Part shown: positions 24,801-39,239 of the stretch, in pieces
How the letters are laid out: each line of letters starts with the position of its first letter
How positions within the stretch are numbered: position 1 is the stretch's first letter
Assembly: GCA_051453625.1 (NCBI GenBank)
Contig: JBOZIK010000001.1
Location: 5,553,067 to 5,602,126, forward strand
Length of the DNA: 49,060 nucleotides
Direction: 5' to 3'
Source: Welwitschia mirabilis
Taxonomy: Eukaryota
Notes under the pieces: model-generated
Databases searched by the model: none
What the model was told of the DNA's origin: nothing
Seen by the model: only the letters and a program-made list of their open reading frames with translations
Position numbers and translations under genes: made by a program

Positions 24801-27020
24801 TTAGAGTTTTATAGAAATGCTACAATGAATGATAATGATCCTTGGATAATTCATTCTTCTATTTATTACACTTCTTTAGTTATATCTTTAAGTAATATAG
24901 AAGCCATTTGTATAGCTAAACATCATTATTTCTTATCCTTATTAAATCCCTTAGCTTTTATTATACAATTGTTAATGTTGAACACACTCCAAATATGACA
25001 ATGATTTAACTTATAATTATATTTATTTTTGTTGATTCCATTATAATGGTCTTTTCTATGAATGATAATCAATTTTTAGTTATTATTTCTCTTAATTTCA
25101 TTCCTAACTATACTAATCATATGATTGTCCTATTTTTCATTTATTTTGATGCCTTTATTCACTAATTTTCATAATCTAAACTAAACTTATCAATTATTGT
25201 TGTGATATCTAATAGGTGTTATTACTTTATTCTATAGATTTAGAATTAGCTTTCTTTGTAACATCATTCATCTCATTCATAGTTAATCCAAATGTAATAT
25301 CACTATCATAATGTTTTAGAAAATAACTATAATAAGATACTTAACTTATCCTTGATCATCACTTTTAATTCCATCATTTTTCACTTTCACTTTCATTTTC
25401 TAGTCCATTTTAAATCTATTTCATCTAGTCTAGTAGCATCTATTCCACATGTAATGATTAACCAATATTTCCCAAAGTTCCTTCCATTCTCTTATATTCA
25501 TTTTTACATCTTTAGATCTGGATTGCATTATATGTTTTTCAAAATTTTTCTTAACTATTTTTCATTGTTCTACATCTTTATTTACTAGCTAGTACATGAA
25601 TTATCCTATTCTCACTTGTCTTGTATTTAATGTTTTCCTTCTTTTAATCTTTAAGGACAAAGTTTACTCTAATTGGGGAAAATGGCATTTGCACTTATCA
25701 CCCATCAGTCATGCCCCATTCTTTTTCCTAAGTGTGATTTAAGCCCAAATTGGCCAAAAAATTTTATAATTTTTCCATCATTTTATTTCATAATTAGATG
25801 GTTTTAATTTTAAAATTTTTTTCATGCTATATAGACTTTGACATAGATTTTACTAAGAGATTATCAAAAGATTTGTTGTGGGATGTGTTAATATTCAAAA
25901 TTGATATTTACTTCAAGTTATTTAGGTTAATTTAGCATGATCATTTTATCTTTACCATATTTCATATGCATTTATTATAATTAAGGCTATTTAAATATAA
26001 ATTTACTAATACCTAGTTACCACATTGTCATTTTTAGGTTACCATTAGGATAATGATTAGTATTGTAAAAGCTATAAGGATAATTCCTTAAGAAGCCAAT
26101 GATGCCAGAAGACCTAATGGCAGTGTTTGTTTAGTTTCTCATTATGATTTCATACTTATATTTTTGGGTCATCTCTGACTACTGATTCACTTAAGTATAC
26201 TAGGGACTAGATCTAAAGAGGCTAAATTTTACACTAATTTCTAGAAACCCTAATCCTAATCTGATCTTTAAAGTATAAAAGGCTATTTTGGCCTCACTTT
26301 TAAGGTTTTTAATACTAGAAAATTTGCCAAACTATTCTGAGAGCTCCTATCATATCTATCTTTTAAGCAACTTCCTTAGGAATGAGCTAGTCTTTCAAGA
26401 CTAGCATAACATTTTTGGTGTTGATTTCTAAATTACTTTTATGTAGTCTCATTTCATTTCATGCAATAAACTTTAGTTTTCTTCTTAATCTGGTTTCTTG
26501 ATACTATGTATCTATATTTTCATACTTATTAGGCTTGATAAGGATTAATGTTTTATTAAGAATTTTATCATTTTCAAGTGAATCTTTAATGTAATATTAG
26601 TTATTAGTTTACTATTATTTAATGTTATTTTAGATTAAAAATCCTACTTTGCATGCTTCTAAAGTGAGCTATAAGAACTAAGAGTACCTAGATTCTTTAC
26701 TTAAGCTTAAAATTCCAAGAATAGAACTTTGGAATAAAAATTAATGAACTATATTTTCATTGAATACTATAGTTAATACTTTTGTGTTTATGTTAGATCT
26801 TGTGGCCATGCTTTATCCCTCACTCAAGGTATTGATCAGCAATATATCTCTAGTCATACTTTTGCTCTATAACATCAATTTGTGATAGTTATAGATGTGG
26901 TCTATGCAAGATTCACTCTTTATGTTACTACAGTTATCCCTTGGAAAGAATGATAATGGGATTAGAATACAAATTAAAGTCCTAGTTTAGTTTGTTAATG
27001 GTGGGTTTGGCCACATAATA
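18813..27020 (+). mobile_element. Decayed pol-deleted Athila-like (Ty3/gypsy) element or composite; LTR-like blocks ~18813-20330 and ~25886-27020
   Basis: The start aligns with the LTR starts at 29177 and 34545 (t[a/g]tta[a/g]catgtaaaaatt). Internal blocks align with 32130-34120. The protease-RT linker remnants GPFLATLNAIFNCRN (~22431), LELHPKDLKYFF and LLEKHEKDVGWT (ORF 22697-22972) are present without RT. An Athila-type PPT ttgtgggatg precedes tgtta at 25886. Whether both LTR-like blocks belong to one element is uncertain. Confidence 0.65.
24160..25600 (-). mobile_element. Highly decayed copia-like gag/protease fragment inserted in the Athila-like element
   Basis: The minus strand gives EWKELWEIL and IKSDDQ..YDSDITFG (gag-like) plus E*IIQGS (cf. 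WIxDSG). The block is absent from the sister element at 29177-35899. Confidence 0.35.
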
Positions 27021-27399
27021 TTTGTATTCCTAAGATGATTTTGCATATTACCATATTATAACAATAGATATAAATATATCTATATTTCACATGAATAGTA
27101 TTCATTCTTATCTAATTAATAAAGAAATTAAAATTTAAAATAAATTCTTTTATTTTAAGCCATCATAATATAATACATATTAAAATTTCTAAGGAACACA
27201 ATGTAATAGATTTTACAATGAAGTGTAGTATTAAAGATAATGATGTAATGATATAAGACCAGTATAGAAACATAAAATCTATTTTAATTAAGATAATGCA
27301 AAAGAGATGATAATACAATTACAAATTTTAATAAATATAATAATGTAGTGACATTTGTTATGTTCCTAAATCATTAGAACCATTGAAACATAAGTAGAT

Positions 27400-27565
27400 G
27401 TCTTTAACTAGATTTCTATATATCCTTTAATACTTTCCTCTTTTCCCTTTTTTTGACATCATGAAATACTACTTACTAGGAGAAGCATCAAAATGACTTT
27501 GTAGTATATTACTGATCATCCTCATCACTGTCATCTAAGTTATCATAATATTTGAAAAATGATTC

Positions 27566-27596
<31 letters not shown>

Positions 27597-29100
27597 CATA
27601 TGATAAGTATAATTCCTATTGAGATTTAAAAATTAGAGGATGTTATTTCTTACTTCTTGTGTAAGTAACTTATTAATGCATCCTAGAGTAAGTCTGAAAC
27701 ATAATAAATGTAGCACACAAACTAAAAGTGGCCTTTTGGAAAAAATATTGAGTATGTATAGGAATACATACTAGTAATGGAAGAATGTATGATGGTGACT
27801 CAACTAGAGTTTGTGTTTCTCATCTATGCATCCCAAGTTTTCTTGAATGATAAGCTCAAAATGGCATGTTTGATTTAATAGATGAATGCTATGTAATTTT
27901 ATAAATATTTCCCTAAACTATATGTTCCTATTCTTTTGAAGAATTCTCTCTATAAATTAAGTCATAATCTATGATCTAATATTATTATTTCGCTCCTTTA
28001 AATCATTTCCACTATCATGTTTCTCACTATTGTTAGACCATGGTAGTATTCCCATTTTCTCAAAACTTCATAAATCTTTCTTCCCCTCAATAACTATTTC
28101 CTTAGAATATTGATCTTGATGTTTGTTCAGCCTCATGGTACTCTTGTCCATCTTCCTACTGCTTTTGAAATTTCTCTAAGCCTTTTTTAATTAGATATAA
28201 TACTTGTATCCTAACTGATATAGATATTTTTATTGCTAATTCTTAAGAGTTAATGCCTTCATTATTTTAGTTGATTACTTTTTTCTTTTCATTAAAATTA
28301 GAAAGTGATTTTTCTATTCTGATTAAATTAAAAGATGAAATAGCTATCTCAACATTTGAAAAAAGAAGAGTAATTAACAAGATATTCCCTAAAGTCTAAG
28401 CATTATGAAATTGAGAAAAAAATATTTTTATAGATAATAAAATTAATGTATATCTAAATGGCAACTAATAAATAATAAATCATAAAACTGTACATAGAAG
28501 TTCAATACCTATAATTCCTAACTAGTATAGATGCATTAAGTTCATATCCTTTTAGTTAAGGCATTTTTGAAGAGAAGCTTAATATCATCTAAAAATTCAT
28601 TAAGTTCATTCTTTTCTAATAACTTTAATAATAAATTTATTCATGAAAACTCTTAAAAGTTAAAAAGTATACTAGAGGACCACGTGCAACATCAATACCA
28701 AGTAAGCCATTTACAAACTATGGATTTATGTAAATAAGTTATCCACTTACTTAAGTTAAGAATGTACCTTCATCATCATTAATATCATGAATTTCACTAT
28801 AAAACTTTTATAACATTTAATATAGTATGCTCTAAGAGGGATTAACTATATTTTACTAGATAAATTCTTTAAAGAAATGAATCTAAGTTTTTCAATTTTT
28901 TTAAAACTTTGGTCTCCTCTTTATACTAATATTTATAGACTTACAACTAGAGTACTTCTTAGCTACATTTTAGTTTAAAAATGTAGATTCATACATGTTC
29001 TCTTAAGCCACGTCTTTAATATTCTCATATCTTAATTCTTTTCTAGGATCTATTATGCTTTTTCTAAATCATTTGAGAAAAAACTAGACAAAATCTAAAA
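27400..29100 (-). mobile_element. Decayed env-like (extra ORF) region of a Sirevirus-type element
   Basis: 28807 to 28682 reads KFYSEIHDINDDEGTFLT*VSG*LIYINP*FVNGLLGIDVAR, resembling the EFY..VRG..I..LLG pattern of plant retroelement env-like ORFs. It is collinear with the pol remnant at 36400-36920. Confidence 0.5.
27569..27596. repeat. (AT)14 microsatellite
   Basis: Perfect AT run read directly. Confidence 0.97.
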
Positions 29101-29176
29101 CATATCACATAAATTGTAACAGAGAAAAAACTCTAAATTCTTATAAGAGAGAAATTCCTTTAGCTTAGGCAGTAGT

Positions 29177-32100
29177 TGTTAGCATGTAAAAATTGACATT
29201 TATATTAAGTGTTTTAGGGTCAATTTATTATAAATGAAGATATTAATTTAATTATTTTAATAATATATGTACTTTATTATTTTTAAAACAAAATTTAAAT
29301 TTATGCTTTTTCTTTATAATAATTATAGATTTTTAGCCATGTTTTGAAATACATACCAAAAGATAGACACACTACTATGTAAAAAAACGGTGGCAATGGA
29401 GATATGAGGTGGTGATTCATAGTAGTAGCATTGGAAGACATGTGGCAGAGGCATGTGGAGGTGGCACTAAAGACATGTTGTGATAGTACTAGTTGGTAGA
29501 GGAATTTAGCTTCAAAGCTTAAATCTTGAACTCATCATGATATATATTTCATCTAACACTATATAAAAATCTCCATTAAATGCTATAAGATAATTTCCAC
29601 TAAATGATAAATGATAATCATTCTACCTAATGCTATAGGATAGGATCTTATATACCTAGTAGTACAAGACAACTTCTACCAAATGCTATAGGATAGAATA
29701 TTATCTATCAAATGCTAAATGATGAAGGTTCTACCTAATGCTACAAGCTAAATACTCTCAACCACCTTAACCCTATCCTCACTTATAAAAAGGTCTTGAA
29801 CCCTCATTCATAAAAATCCTTTTTTATAAAAGAAGTAGTAGAATATTTGGTGAATTAAGTCAATAGGTCCTTCTAGGAATTCTCTTTAGGTGAAATCTCA
29901 TTTTGAGAATAGCTTAAAGAGTTCATACTAGCATTCTTCTTCTACTAATGTAATGTGTAATTTTTGAAATTAATATAAGTAGTTGTTTTCTTTTGATTTC
30001 AAGTTACAAATAACTTTATACTTGTAGTGCTTAAGTAACAACTAAGTTATTATGTTATATCATCATTTAAGTGAGTTTCTTAGTTAATTAATCTCAGTCT
30101 CTTTTATTTGATGGATATTAAGCACTTTATGTCCTTAATGTTTATGCTTATTTATGGGTACTAATTTCCATATGATGAATTAGATCATGTTATCATAACC
30201 TGATCCATTATTATTTGACAGCTTAGATATGTTTCAAGAATTTGTAGGATATTTTGAATAAAAGAGGTACAAAAGGATGATTAAGTGAAACCTTATATCT
30301 AATTTATTTCCTTAACTCTCTAGACAAAGTTTAATACATCTTTCAATCTCTCTCTTTTCTTCTTTTTTATATTGTAATTATAAAAACTAGAAAAACTTGT
30401 GTAATTTCTATGAAGTTCACCACAATTATTCCTATGGAGTGAATAATAATAGATATTAAAATAGTTTATTTCAATTCATTTTACTATACAAAGAGATTTT
30501 TACATCATTTTTTGGAATAATAACATGGTAGATTCTTAATTGAGTAGAATTTTGAGTTTTTTTTTTGTAATTTTGTTAGTTTAGTTTTCATTTTTCTAGT
30601 AACTATTACTAGTTCTTTTCTTTTTCTTTTGAGTGTTTATTTTATTTTCCTTTATTTCTAGTGATACCTAAAATAATCATTTTTGGAGTTTGATTTAGAT
30701 TTTTCCCATTTAATTTGAAATTATTTCCATATTAAACATTTAGTGTTGTAGGTCTAATAATATTTCTAAAGGTCGTAATTAAAACAAGAATCAAAAAACA
30801 TGAAAAAGTAACATAGAACTCAATTTTTTTAATTTTATATAATTATCCTTTTTTTTAAAGTTGTGTAATAGTTTGTGTGTTAAAATCATGAAAAGAAAAT
30901 TTTCTTTTAGGGTTTTTCCTTAGGTTTCATTTCATCTCTTCTCACTGCTATTGCATTTTTCACTATGTATTTTCTATACCCATAATGTGAAACATTTTCC
31001 ATAGCTCCAAACATAACCTCACTTTTTTTTGGAGCCACTTTTTGTTATTCAAATAACTTATACCATCATCCTTAGAATCTTCTTAAACTTTGAATTTACT
31101 CCCTTTTAGATCTCCTGAGAACTTTCTAAAATTGGAACTCATCTAAAACCTCAAAATGTTATGAAAATATAATCCTATCCTAAATTTCATAAATCAATTT
31201 TCAAAACTGATATGAATTAAGAATGTAATTTCTTTAGTAGGATGTACAAAAAACCATCTAAATCCTAATTTGTCTTTGAGAACTATGAAAATGCTTATAT
31301 CTTACTTAATCATATTCAACTAAAAAAAAATCTATGAGATTAAATTCAACTTAAGAAGACTTTAGGATAGTATCTTCAATGTAATTATAATAACTCTTAT
31401 CATTTTTAAGCCCCAAGACCCTTCTAACACTAGCTAAATCTTTGGAGAATGTATTTAAAGCCTAGAACTCCATTCATATATATATCAATCTCTTTAGAAC
31501 CTTGAGTTTAAAAACTCTTATTTTGAACAAAAAGAGTTTGATCCTATGCCTTTCATCATCCCTTGTAACACTTATTATCTTATCAATCTCCTTTACCTTC
31601 TCATTCTTAACCATTTAACTAATAACAACCTTCTTTATCTATTCTATTAAAAAAATAATTAAGAAAATTCATGAATATCCAATCCCACATTAACTATAAT
31701 AAAATACAAACTAACCATGTCCATGAAAGCACTTAAGAAAAATTGCTTCTCCTTAACTAATCTTAAATAATCTGCCCAAACCCATGCCCAAATTCTTCAA
31801 TAAATTCTCTCTTCTTTAAATCATGGTAAACCTAATAACAACTTGAACTTAATCAATAAGAAGAAGAAAGTTTGACATTCATACATCTCTAGTTAAGCCA
31901 TTGGAATAGGATCTAAGGAAGTCTACTCATAATTAAAAGTTGATAGATATTATTAGCTATAGCCTCCTCATTGCAATTAGGCCTTGCACACATATGTAGG
32001 ATGAAATCCTTCCTTTATGTATTGGGAAATGACTTGTGAAGTATCCTAGTAGTTCATAAATCTACCACATTTCTGTCAAGTGGAGCATAGATGGATAAGT

Positions 32101-35100
32101 TAACTACATGAACCCCAAAGTATCTTATTGTGTTCCATGAAACTAATTCTAGAAATCTTAAAAATCTTGAAAGGGTTAAGGAAAGTCAAAAAAAGAATAC
32201 TTAAACCGTAACCTTTATGAATAAGAAAGAAATAAATAAAGGCCTTAAGTTTAAAAATTCACTGGAGAATAATCTAGTATGTACAAAGAATTTATACTCT
32301 GGTAGAGGATTAAATATACCAGATGATGAGAAATATTTAAAAGATGAATAAGCATTTGAGGAATGCTATACCTTAGAGAGTTATACAACAAAGGATAATT
32401 CATTAAGAGATATTAATAAGAATAACATTAAATTATTACTATCTCCTCTTAAGTAATCACATGAGAAGGAATCCGTTAACAATCTTAATGAAGAGGCGAA
32501 TGTTCGCAAAGAGTCCATACATGATCCATTCTATGAAGAACATTTGTTTTTTGCTTAATAATTTCATAAGATAATCATTTCATCTCCAGCTTTATCTACT
32601 AAGCAAGACACAAGTCTTAATAAGGAAGGTAAACCTTCTTTCTAATTGAAAACATCTTTTAAAAACTTTACACATGATTCTTTTAATGAATATTTACATT
32701 GTCAAGTAATTTCCAATTCGTCTTTGTCTTCCTCTCAAAATTATGTCTTGCATGATTTATTAATTAAACATAAACAAGTTAAAATATGAACTATTTTTTG
32801 AATTTAAATGTATTTGTTATTTTATTAAAATTATTTCTAATTTCATGGACTCTTGCATAAAAATCTACATAAGTTGTCTCCTAGTTTAAAATGCTTTGAA
32901 AAATTTCAAATCATTTGTCTTTACCTCTACATTTTTGAGTCACTTTTCATGCATTACCTTAGAAAATTCCTTTCAAAATATTTAGTTTCATTACATGCTT
33001 TTAGATTATATTTTAATTTATATTTTTATTCTAGATTAAAATTAAGATTAAAAAAGAGAAAAGGTTAAAAATGCTTTTGCTTAATAATCTCTCTTACCTA
33101 AAGCCATCTAAGCACTATCACCTATATAATCATCATCTTAAACCATTTTACTCGGAAAATCCTAAATTTCATTCCTAACCTAAAATAATCCATCGTTACC
33201 TCAAAAACTATCATTCATTCTAGCCATTTACTTATGAATTCATAAAACTTGCATAGCTTAGTTAATGACTTTAATTAAAAATTAATAATAGATGATCTCT
33301 CTATTATTTTAAGTAATGATTATAATTAAGTGCACTCATAGGTTTTTAAGAAAAAGTTTAGTTATTTTGATTTTGATTATTAAAGTCATGTTTTCTTAAG
33401 GTCTTTAATTTTATAAAACATGAATGAAAAAGGTTCAATCTACTTTTATTATGTTCTTTATATTTAAATATTTTGATAGGGATAAGATTTTTTTTTTTTT
33501 TAGATTAAGCTAATGAGCCAATGACCCCTGTTATGTGTATTAAAAAAATGAATATAAGAAAAAGAACAAAAAGAAAATAATATTTGTTCCCCAAAAGAAC
33601 ATCTTATTAATTAGTTAATTAAGTTCAGTTAACTACATTGAGACTATGGATTCTTGCTAGCAATGCAGCTCTAACAATCCAGTTATGACATAATCAATTG
33701 CACTGGGGCCATAGATGCTTATTGGTAATGCAATACTAAGTTCTTCATAACATAACATGCTTAAATCTATTAGAAGAAAAAATCAAAACACTAGATGCTC
33801 AATGTGATTTAAATGCTTAAAACAAAAGACTTATATGTTTGTAAAAAAGAAAAATAAAGGAAAGAAAAAGGTGGAAATTGAAGGCCTTCTGAGTTCTATT
33901 AACTTTAAATTTTATACTTAATATTTGCCATGATTTTTTTAATTCTTATAAGTTATTAAGTCAATACAATGCTTATTTGATATTAAGATCCATTAAAAAT
34001 TATAAAAATACAATAGAGGCCATTGACATAGGTAGGTTATCTCTTTTATTCATTATCTACATGGTTAAATTCTTTGTCATATTTTCATTTTTCATCTTCA
34101 TCACATATTTCAATTCATTCATAGTTAATAAAAAATAACATCATAAAGCATAAACTATTTTTATGGTTCAAATTTTTACTTAGCATATTAAAGTTAGAAA
34201 TAAAATATTATCATCTGTCATTAACTATTTGTTCTTTTCCATAGCTTAGTTGCATTGCTTTACATCTTTTTCTTTTAATAAATAAGCTTATCAAGATAAA
34301 AAAATTTAAGGATATGTTCTAAAAATGGTATAATACTTTCTATCATAAAGTTTTAAGAATAAAGTTTAGTTTTAGTTAGGGGGTATGACAATTTTTATTC
34401 CTTAGTTTTTGAACATAAGTCATAAAAGTTTTTAAAAAGATATAGTATTTTTCACACTTGAATACTTTTATTTCGATAATTTTTAATATTGATCATTTTG
34501 TTATCAACTTTTTGCTAAGATTCTAGTAATTTGATTAGGACATGTGTTAACATGTAAAAAATTAACATTTATATCAAGTGTTTGAAGCTAATTTATTATA
34601 AATAAAGGCATTAATTTAATTATTTTAATTATAAAATATGTTTTTTATTATTTTTAAAATAAAAATAAAATTTATGCTTTTTTCCATAATAATTGTAGAT
34701 CTTTAATCACATTTTGTAATATTGACAGAAGATGAACATGATTCTGCATAAAATAATAGTAGAAATGGAGACATTATGTGGTGACATATAGTAGTAGCAT
34801 TCGAAGACATGTGATAGAGACATGTAGAGGTAATACTAGAGACATGTGGTAATACCACTAGTTAATAGAGGAATCTGATTGTAAAGGTCACATGTTGGAC
34901 TTGCCATTATAAAGATTCCACCTAATAGTCTATAGCAATCTCTACTAAGCACTACAAGATAATATCCATGAAATGCTAAGTGATTGAGATTCTACCTAAT
35001 GCTATAGGAAAAAGTCTTATCTACCTAACACTATAAGATAAGCTCTATTAAATGCTATAAGATAGAATCTTATCTACTATATACTAAATGATAAAGATTC

Positions 35101-35899
35101 TACCTAATGCTATAAGCCAAAGATTTTCAATCATCTTAACCTTACCCTTGCTTATAAAAATGCCCTGGACCCTCATTTGTAAACATTTTACTTTAGACAA
35201 AGTAGTAGAAACTTTAGAGTGTTAAGTCAACATGGCCTTTTGAGCATTCTCTTTGGGAGTGAGCTTGTTTTGAGGGTATCTTAAGGAGTTCATACTACTC
35301 TTATTCTTTTACTAATGTAATACATGTTTCTTGAAATTAATACAAGTAATTATTTTTTAATTTTAAATTGTAAATGACGTTGTACTTGTAATTCTTAAAT
35401 AATAACTAAGTTATCGAGTTATATTATCATCTGAGGAATTTTCTTAGTTAATTGATTTAATTATATTTTATTTGATAGATCTTGAGTACTTTATCATCTT
35501 ACTTTTCATGATTTTTTAAGAGCTATAAATGATCAAGTGACTTTTGAATCCACTAACTCTCATATGATGAATGAGATTATATTACCTTGACCTAAGTCAC
35601 TGCTATTTCATATCTTAAGTATGTTTTAGGAACTCACAATATATCTTTGAATAGATAGAGTGTTAGAAGATGAATCAAGTTTAACCTTGAAGTAGTTTGT
35701 TTTCTTACCTCTTCAGACAAAGTTTCAATAAATCTCTTAATATCTCTCTTTTCTTCATTCTTTAATCATAATTACAAGACTAGAAAAACTTGTGTAATTT
35801 CTATAAATTTCATCACAATTATCCTTGAGGAGAGAATGATAGTGGGTATTCTTATAGTTTATTTTGGTTCATTATACTACACATAAATAGTAAACATCA
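29177..35899 (+). mobile_element. Non-autonomous Athila-like LTR element; LTRs 29177-30507 and 34545-35899
   Basis: Direct repeats of ~1.33-1.35 kb (tgtta..acatca) align along their length. There is a decayed PBS tttttggaataataacatgg, an internal PPT agttagggggtatgac (~34374) and a decayed terminal PPT. No protease, RT or integrase motifs were seen, and no TSD was recognised. Confidence 0.88.
29570..29750 (+). repeat. Degenerate tandem motif TCTACCTAATGCTATAAGATA in LTR U3 (also ~34915-35120)
   Basis: About 6-7 variants of tctacc[t/a]aatgcta occur in each LTR, just upstream of the TATA-like cttataaaaa. Confidence 0.8.
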
Positions 35900-36920
35900 T
35901 AAAATAGTAAATATTTTAGATTATATAGATATAGAGCATAGAATTAAAAACATATAGATTGTATGTATTGACATATTAATTTTAGAAAGGGTTTTTTTCC
36001 ATTTTAAAAGATGTCTAATCATAGCTTTTCATTGAATTGAATCTATTTGAATTTGAAGACATTTAAAACATGCATCATAGATGTTTATAACATTGGAGAT
36101 GTCTATATTAAATTAAACCTAGAAAAGCATAACTTTAATAGTAGATGTCTATGAACTTAGAAGGAATCTATAATAGATGGAATTATTTATATAATAGGAT
36201 ATGTCTACTTAAAACATGCATAAAAAATATGTAATGATAGACAACTGATCATCATAAGATATATCAACCATGAAATGATGCAAAAATAAAGATTGAGTTG
36301 TAGACATCTATCATACTCTAATATGCCTATCACATGTAGAGACATCTACATAATGAAATATATCTACATAAAATACATAGAGAAAAATTTCAAAATTATG
36401 CAACATGCATGATGAACCTATCTCTAATGCATGAATACTCTACATAAATGAGGATTAGTAAAATTAGTTACTATTATATATAGGACGAATCTCATTTCAA
36501 ATTTACCTAATTGAGCTAGGTCAATTCTCGAATCTATATACTTTATTAACTTCTTTTACATAGTTAATAACTAATATTCATCATCCTTAGAATCTTTGAA
36601 ATTTTAGGCTCCATCTTAGATATGTACATAGCACATTCATAGAACTCTCATAGTAATTTTATTATTTTGACATTACTATAATAACTTCTAATGATATAGC
36701 TAGGTAAGCATCTTTTTCTAATATTATTCTTTTAGGAGGACTGAAAATGCTTAACTTATTATTATCATTTATTTACTATCAGAGTTAGATAGATTTATTT
36801 TTGAGTCATGTTGATTTTGTTCATTATTATTTTTACCATCCTACATATAAGAAGAATTTTGTATGTGAGTATCATTAATTTTTACATTTATTACTTCTTA
36901 TATAGTTAGAGCTTATTTAT
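35900..36920 (-). mobile_element. Sirevirus-type pol remnant (integrase fragment, pre-RT and RNase H end; RT deleted) plus AGATGTCT-repeat spacer
   Basis: The minus strand at ~36625-36540 reads ISKMEPK..FKDSKDDEY*LLTM*K (cf. SxIEPKxxxEAxxDExWxxAMQEEL), then jumps to GKFEMRFV..NFTNP (cf. ADIFTKP). Many agatgtct/agacatct motifs occur at 36010-36350. Confidence 0.6.
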
Positions 36921-36926
36921 TAAAAC

Positions 36927-39109
36927 TTAAGGATTATTATACTTAGAGAAGAGTAGTGAATGAGGTCTATCAAATAAAATCCTACTAAAACAAATTAAAA
37001 TTTACACAATAAACTTCTTTCCACATTAATGTGTTAACCTCACTTGGGTATGTCTATACATGAAGTATAGCTTCCTTTCACACCTATGAATATTCTTAAC
37101 ATGTAAAAAATAGTTTTAAAGAATCACCAATCTTACATACAACTAGGATGCTTCTTACAAAAAAACACTCTCTTTCCCTTATGGATTTATAATAAATCAA
37201 AATAAAAATGTGCTTATAAGAACTTGTGAAAGCATACCCATATAAGGATTGACTTACAAAATTTAAAGTCTCAAGCAAGAGATATTAGGAATAATATTAA
37301 GTAATGGAGCATAATAAATATATTTAAAAATCAAATAGTGCTACAATTTAAATACTAATATATAATGATAATAAAAGAAAATAACAATTCTAAAAGATGT
37401 CACTTTAATGGAATGTCTAAATTCTTCCTTGTTGTAGTCATCCACGAGTATCTAACATTAGAGTAATGTAGCTAGGAAGAGCTAATGATCAAGTAATATA
37501 ATTACCAAGTGATCTTTTTCATTAAGGTCTTAGAAATTTTTATGTAGTATGAATTACCAATGTAGGATTTCTTTTTTTCTGTGTTTGTGTATTACTTTTT
37601 GTTCTCTTTTGTTTTATGTCTTTTATACATTTGATGTATTCCTTTCCTTTACCTTATAAATATGATCATTTAAAAATGTCTAAATGCTCTACAATGATTA
37701 GAAATGACTAATTTTTGGTTATTCAAGGAATATTCTATTTTTTGTTAATTTTCAAGATATACATCTTTTTCATAGTAGACATGTGTATTACAAAGATCTA
37801 ATCTCATCCTAAAATAAGTTTTTGATTAAACTGCTAGATTTTACTCAAAGTTAAACTACTATATCTTTGATCCTTAGAGATCATGAATTTATTGTGTAAA
37901 AATTTCTTGATTCCTTGAATATAGATAATTCATCATAGTATAATTTTATCTCTATTACTTCTTTCAGTCAAGAACATATTTCTTTAATTTTATAGATGTC
38001 TTGTAATAGTTAAAGCCATATAGATGTCTTTAATTTTCTAGATGTCTATCACCTTATTTCAGCTCCTTGGTTTAGTATAGATGTCTTTGACATGATAGAC
38101 ATCTTTCCATGTAATAAACTCTAATTCAATCTAGACACCTTTGATAGAGTGGATGTATTTACCGTATACATCTTCAGATATGTAAATATCTTTAGTTAAT
38201 TGTATTTGTTCCTCATGAATTCTAAGCTTAATCTTCTATGTACTTTGAACTTTAAGGTTTAATGGACTTGATCCTATCTGCAATTTGGTGCTCTCAAATT
38301 TTTTCTATCTACACATTAGACACATTACATTTGATAACTGGAATCATAAAAACTAAGATTTTACCAATAATCTCCCCCTTTTTGATAATGTTCAAAACTT
38401 GAAAAATCTCATTAGTGTAGTTATGTTTAAAATTAACTTTAGATAATTTAATCTAAGAGAAGATAAAGTGTATTGCATGAGGCATGTTACAAATTTCAAA
38501 AGGTAAAACCATTTAATAATCCACATTGGTAATCATTTACAAGACAATAAACATGAGGTCTTACAAATAAAATTGAAATCATGTCAAAACATAAATTATA
38601 TTACATATAAGAAGAAGTTAATCAACAAATGTATGCCAATATGAGAAAATAAGCATCAATAATGATGTCACTCACAAGAAGTCCAATTCATCCATCTCAA
38701 GTCCACATCCTTCAAACTCATATAGGATGTCCTATAAGATTCAATCTTATTTGTCCATCTTCTTCCCCTTTTTGGATAACACCCAAAAAAAAAAAAAAAG
38801 AAAACTAATCACTAAGAGTAAAATCACTAGTGTACCAAGTACCATCTCCTACATCATCATTGTCCCTAATAGTAGAGGTCTGGATGATGTATGAAGAAGA
38901 TGATATAGGTGAATAGGTGTTCCACTTCTATGATGGCCACTATGATAACTTACCTTGGCCTTGAGAGGTCTATCTCCTCATACATGAGTATGTCTAAGAC
39001 ATAATGAATGTATCAAAGAAGCTGACGATAGCTATCCCAGCAAAAATAAAGGCCGAGAATGAAGTGGTGCTAAGAGATGGAGCATGAATGGGAATTGTGA
39101 TAGGTGGCG
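36927..39109 (-). mobile_element. Sirevirus 3' LTR (~36927-38369) with multiple PPTs and upstream region, truncated by a gap
   Basis: The agagaagagtagtgaatgagg signature lies near the left end, and the LTR boundary ccaata is followed by the reverse PPT atctccccctttttg (38370-38384). A second PPT cttcccctttttggataacacccaaaa lies at ~38762, and tagatgtct repeats at 37990-38190. Confidence 0.78.
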
Positions 39110-39239
39110 NNNNNNNNNNNNNNNNNNNNNNNNNNNNNNNNNNNNNNNNNNNNNNNNNNNNNNNNNNNNNNNNNNNNNNNNNNNNNNNNNNNNNNNNNNN
39201 NNNNNNNNNATTTTCTATACTTGTTTTTCTTGTTTTAAC

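Noticed and set aside
151..37278. Many 60-91 aa F/L/I-rich ORFs (e.g. 151, 1839, 8441, 18295, 20543, 21114, 24319, 25352, 32853, 37096) as membrane peptides
   Set aside because: Their composition follows from T-rich DNA, and they lie in LTRs or antisense to retroelement remnants.
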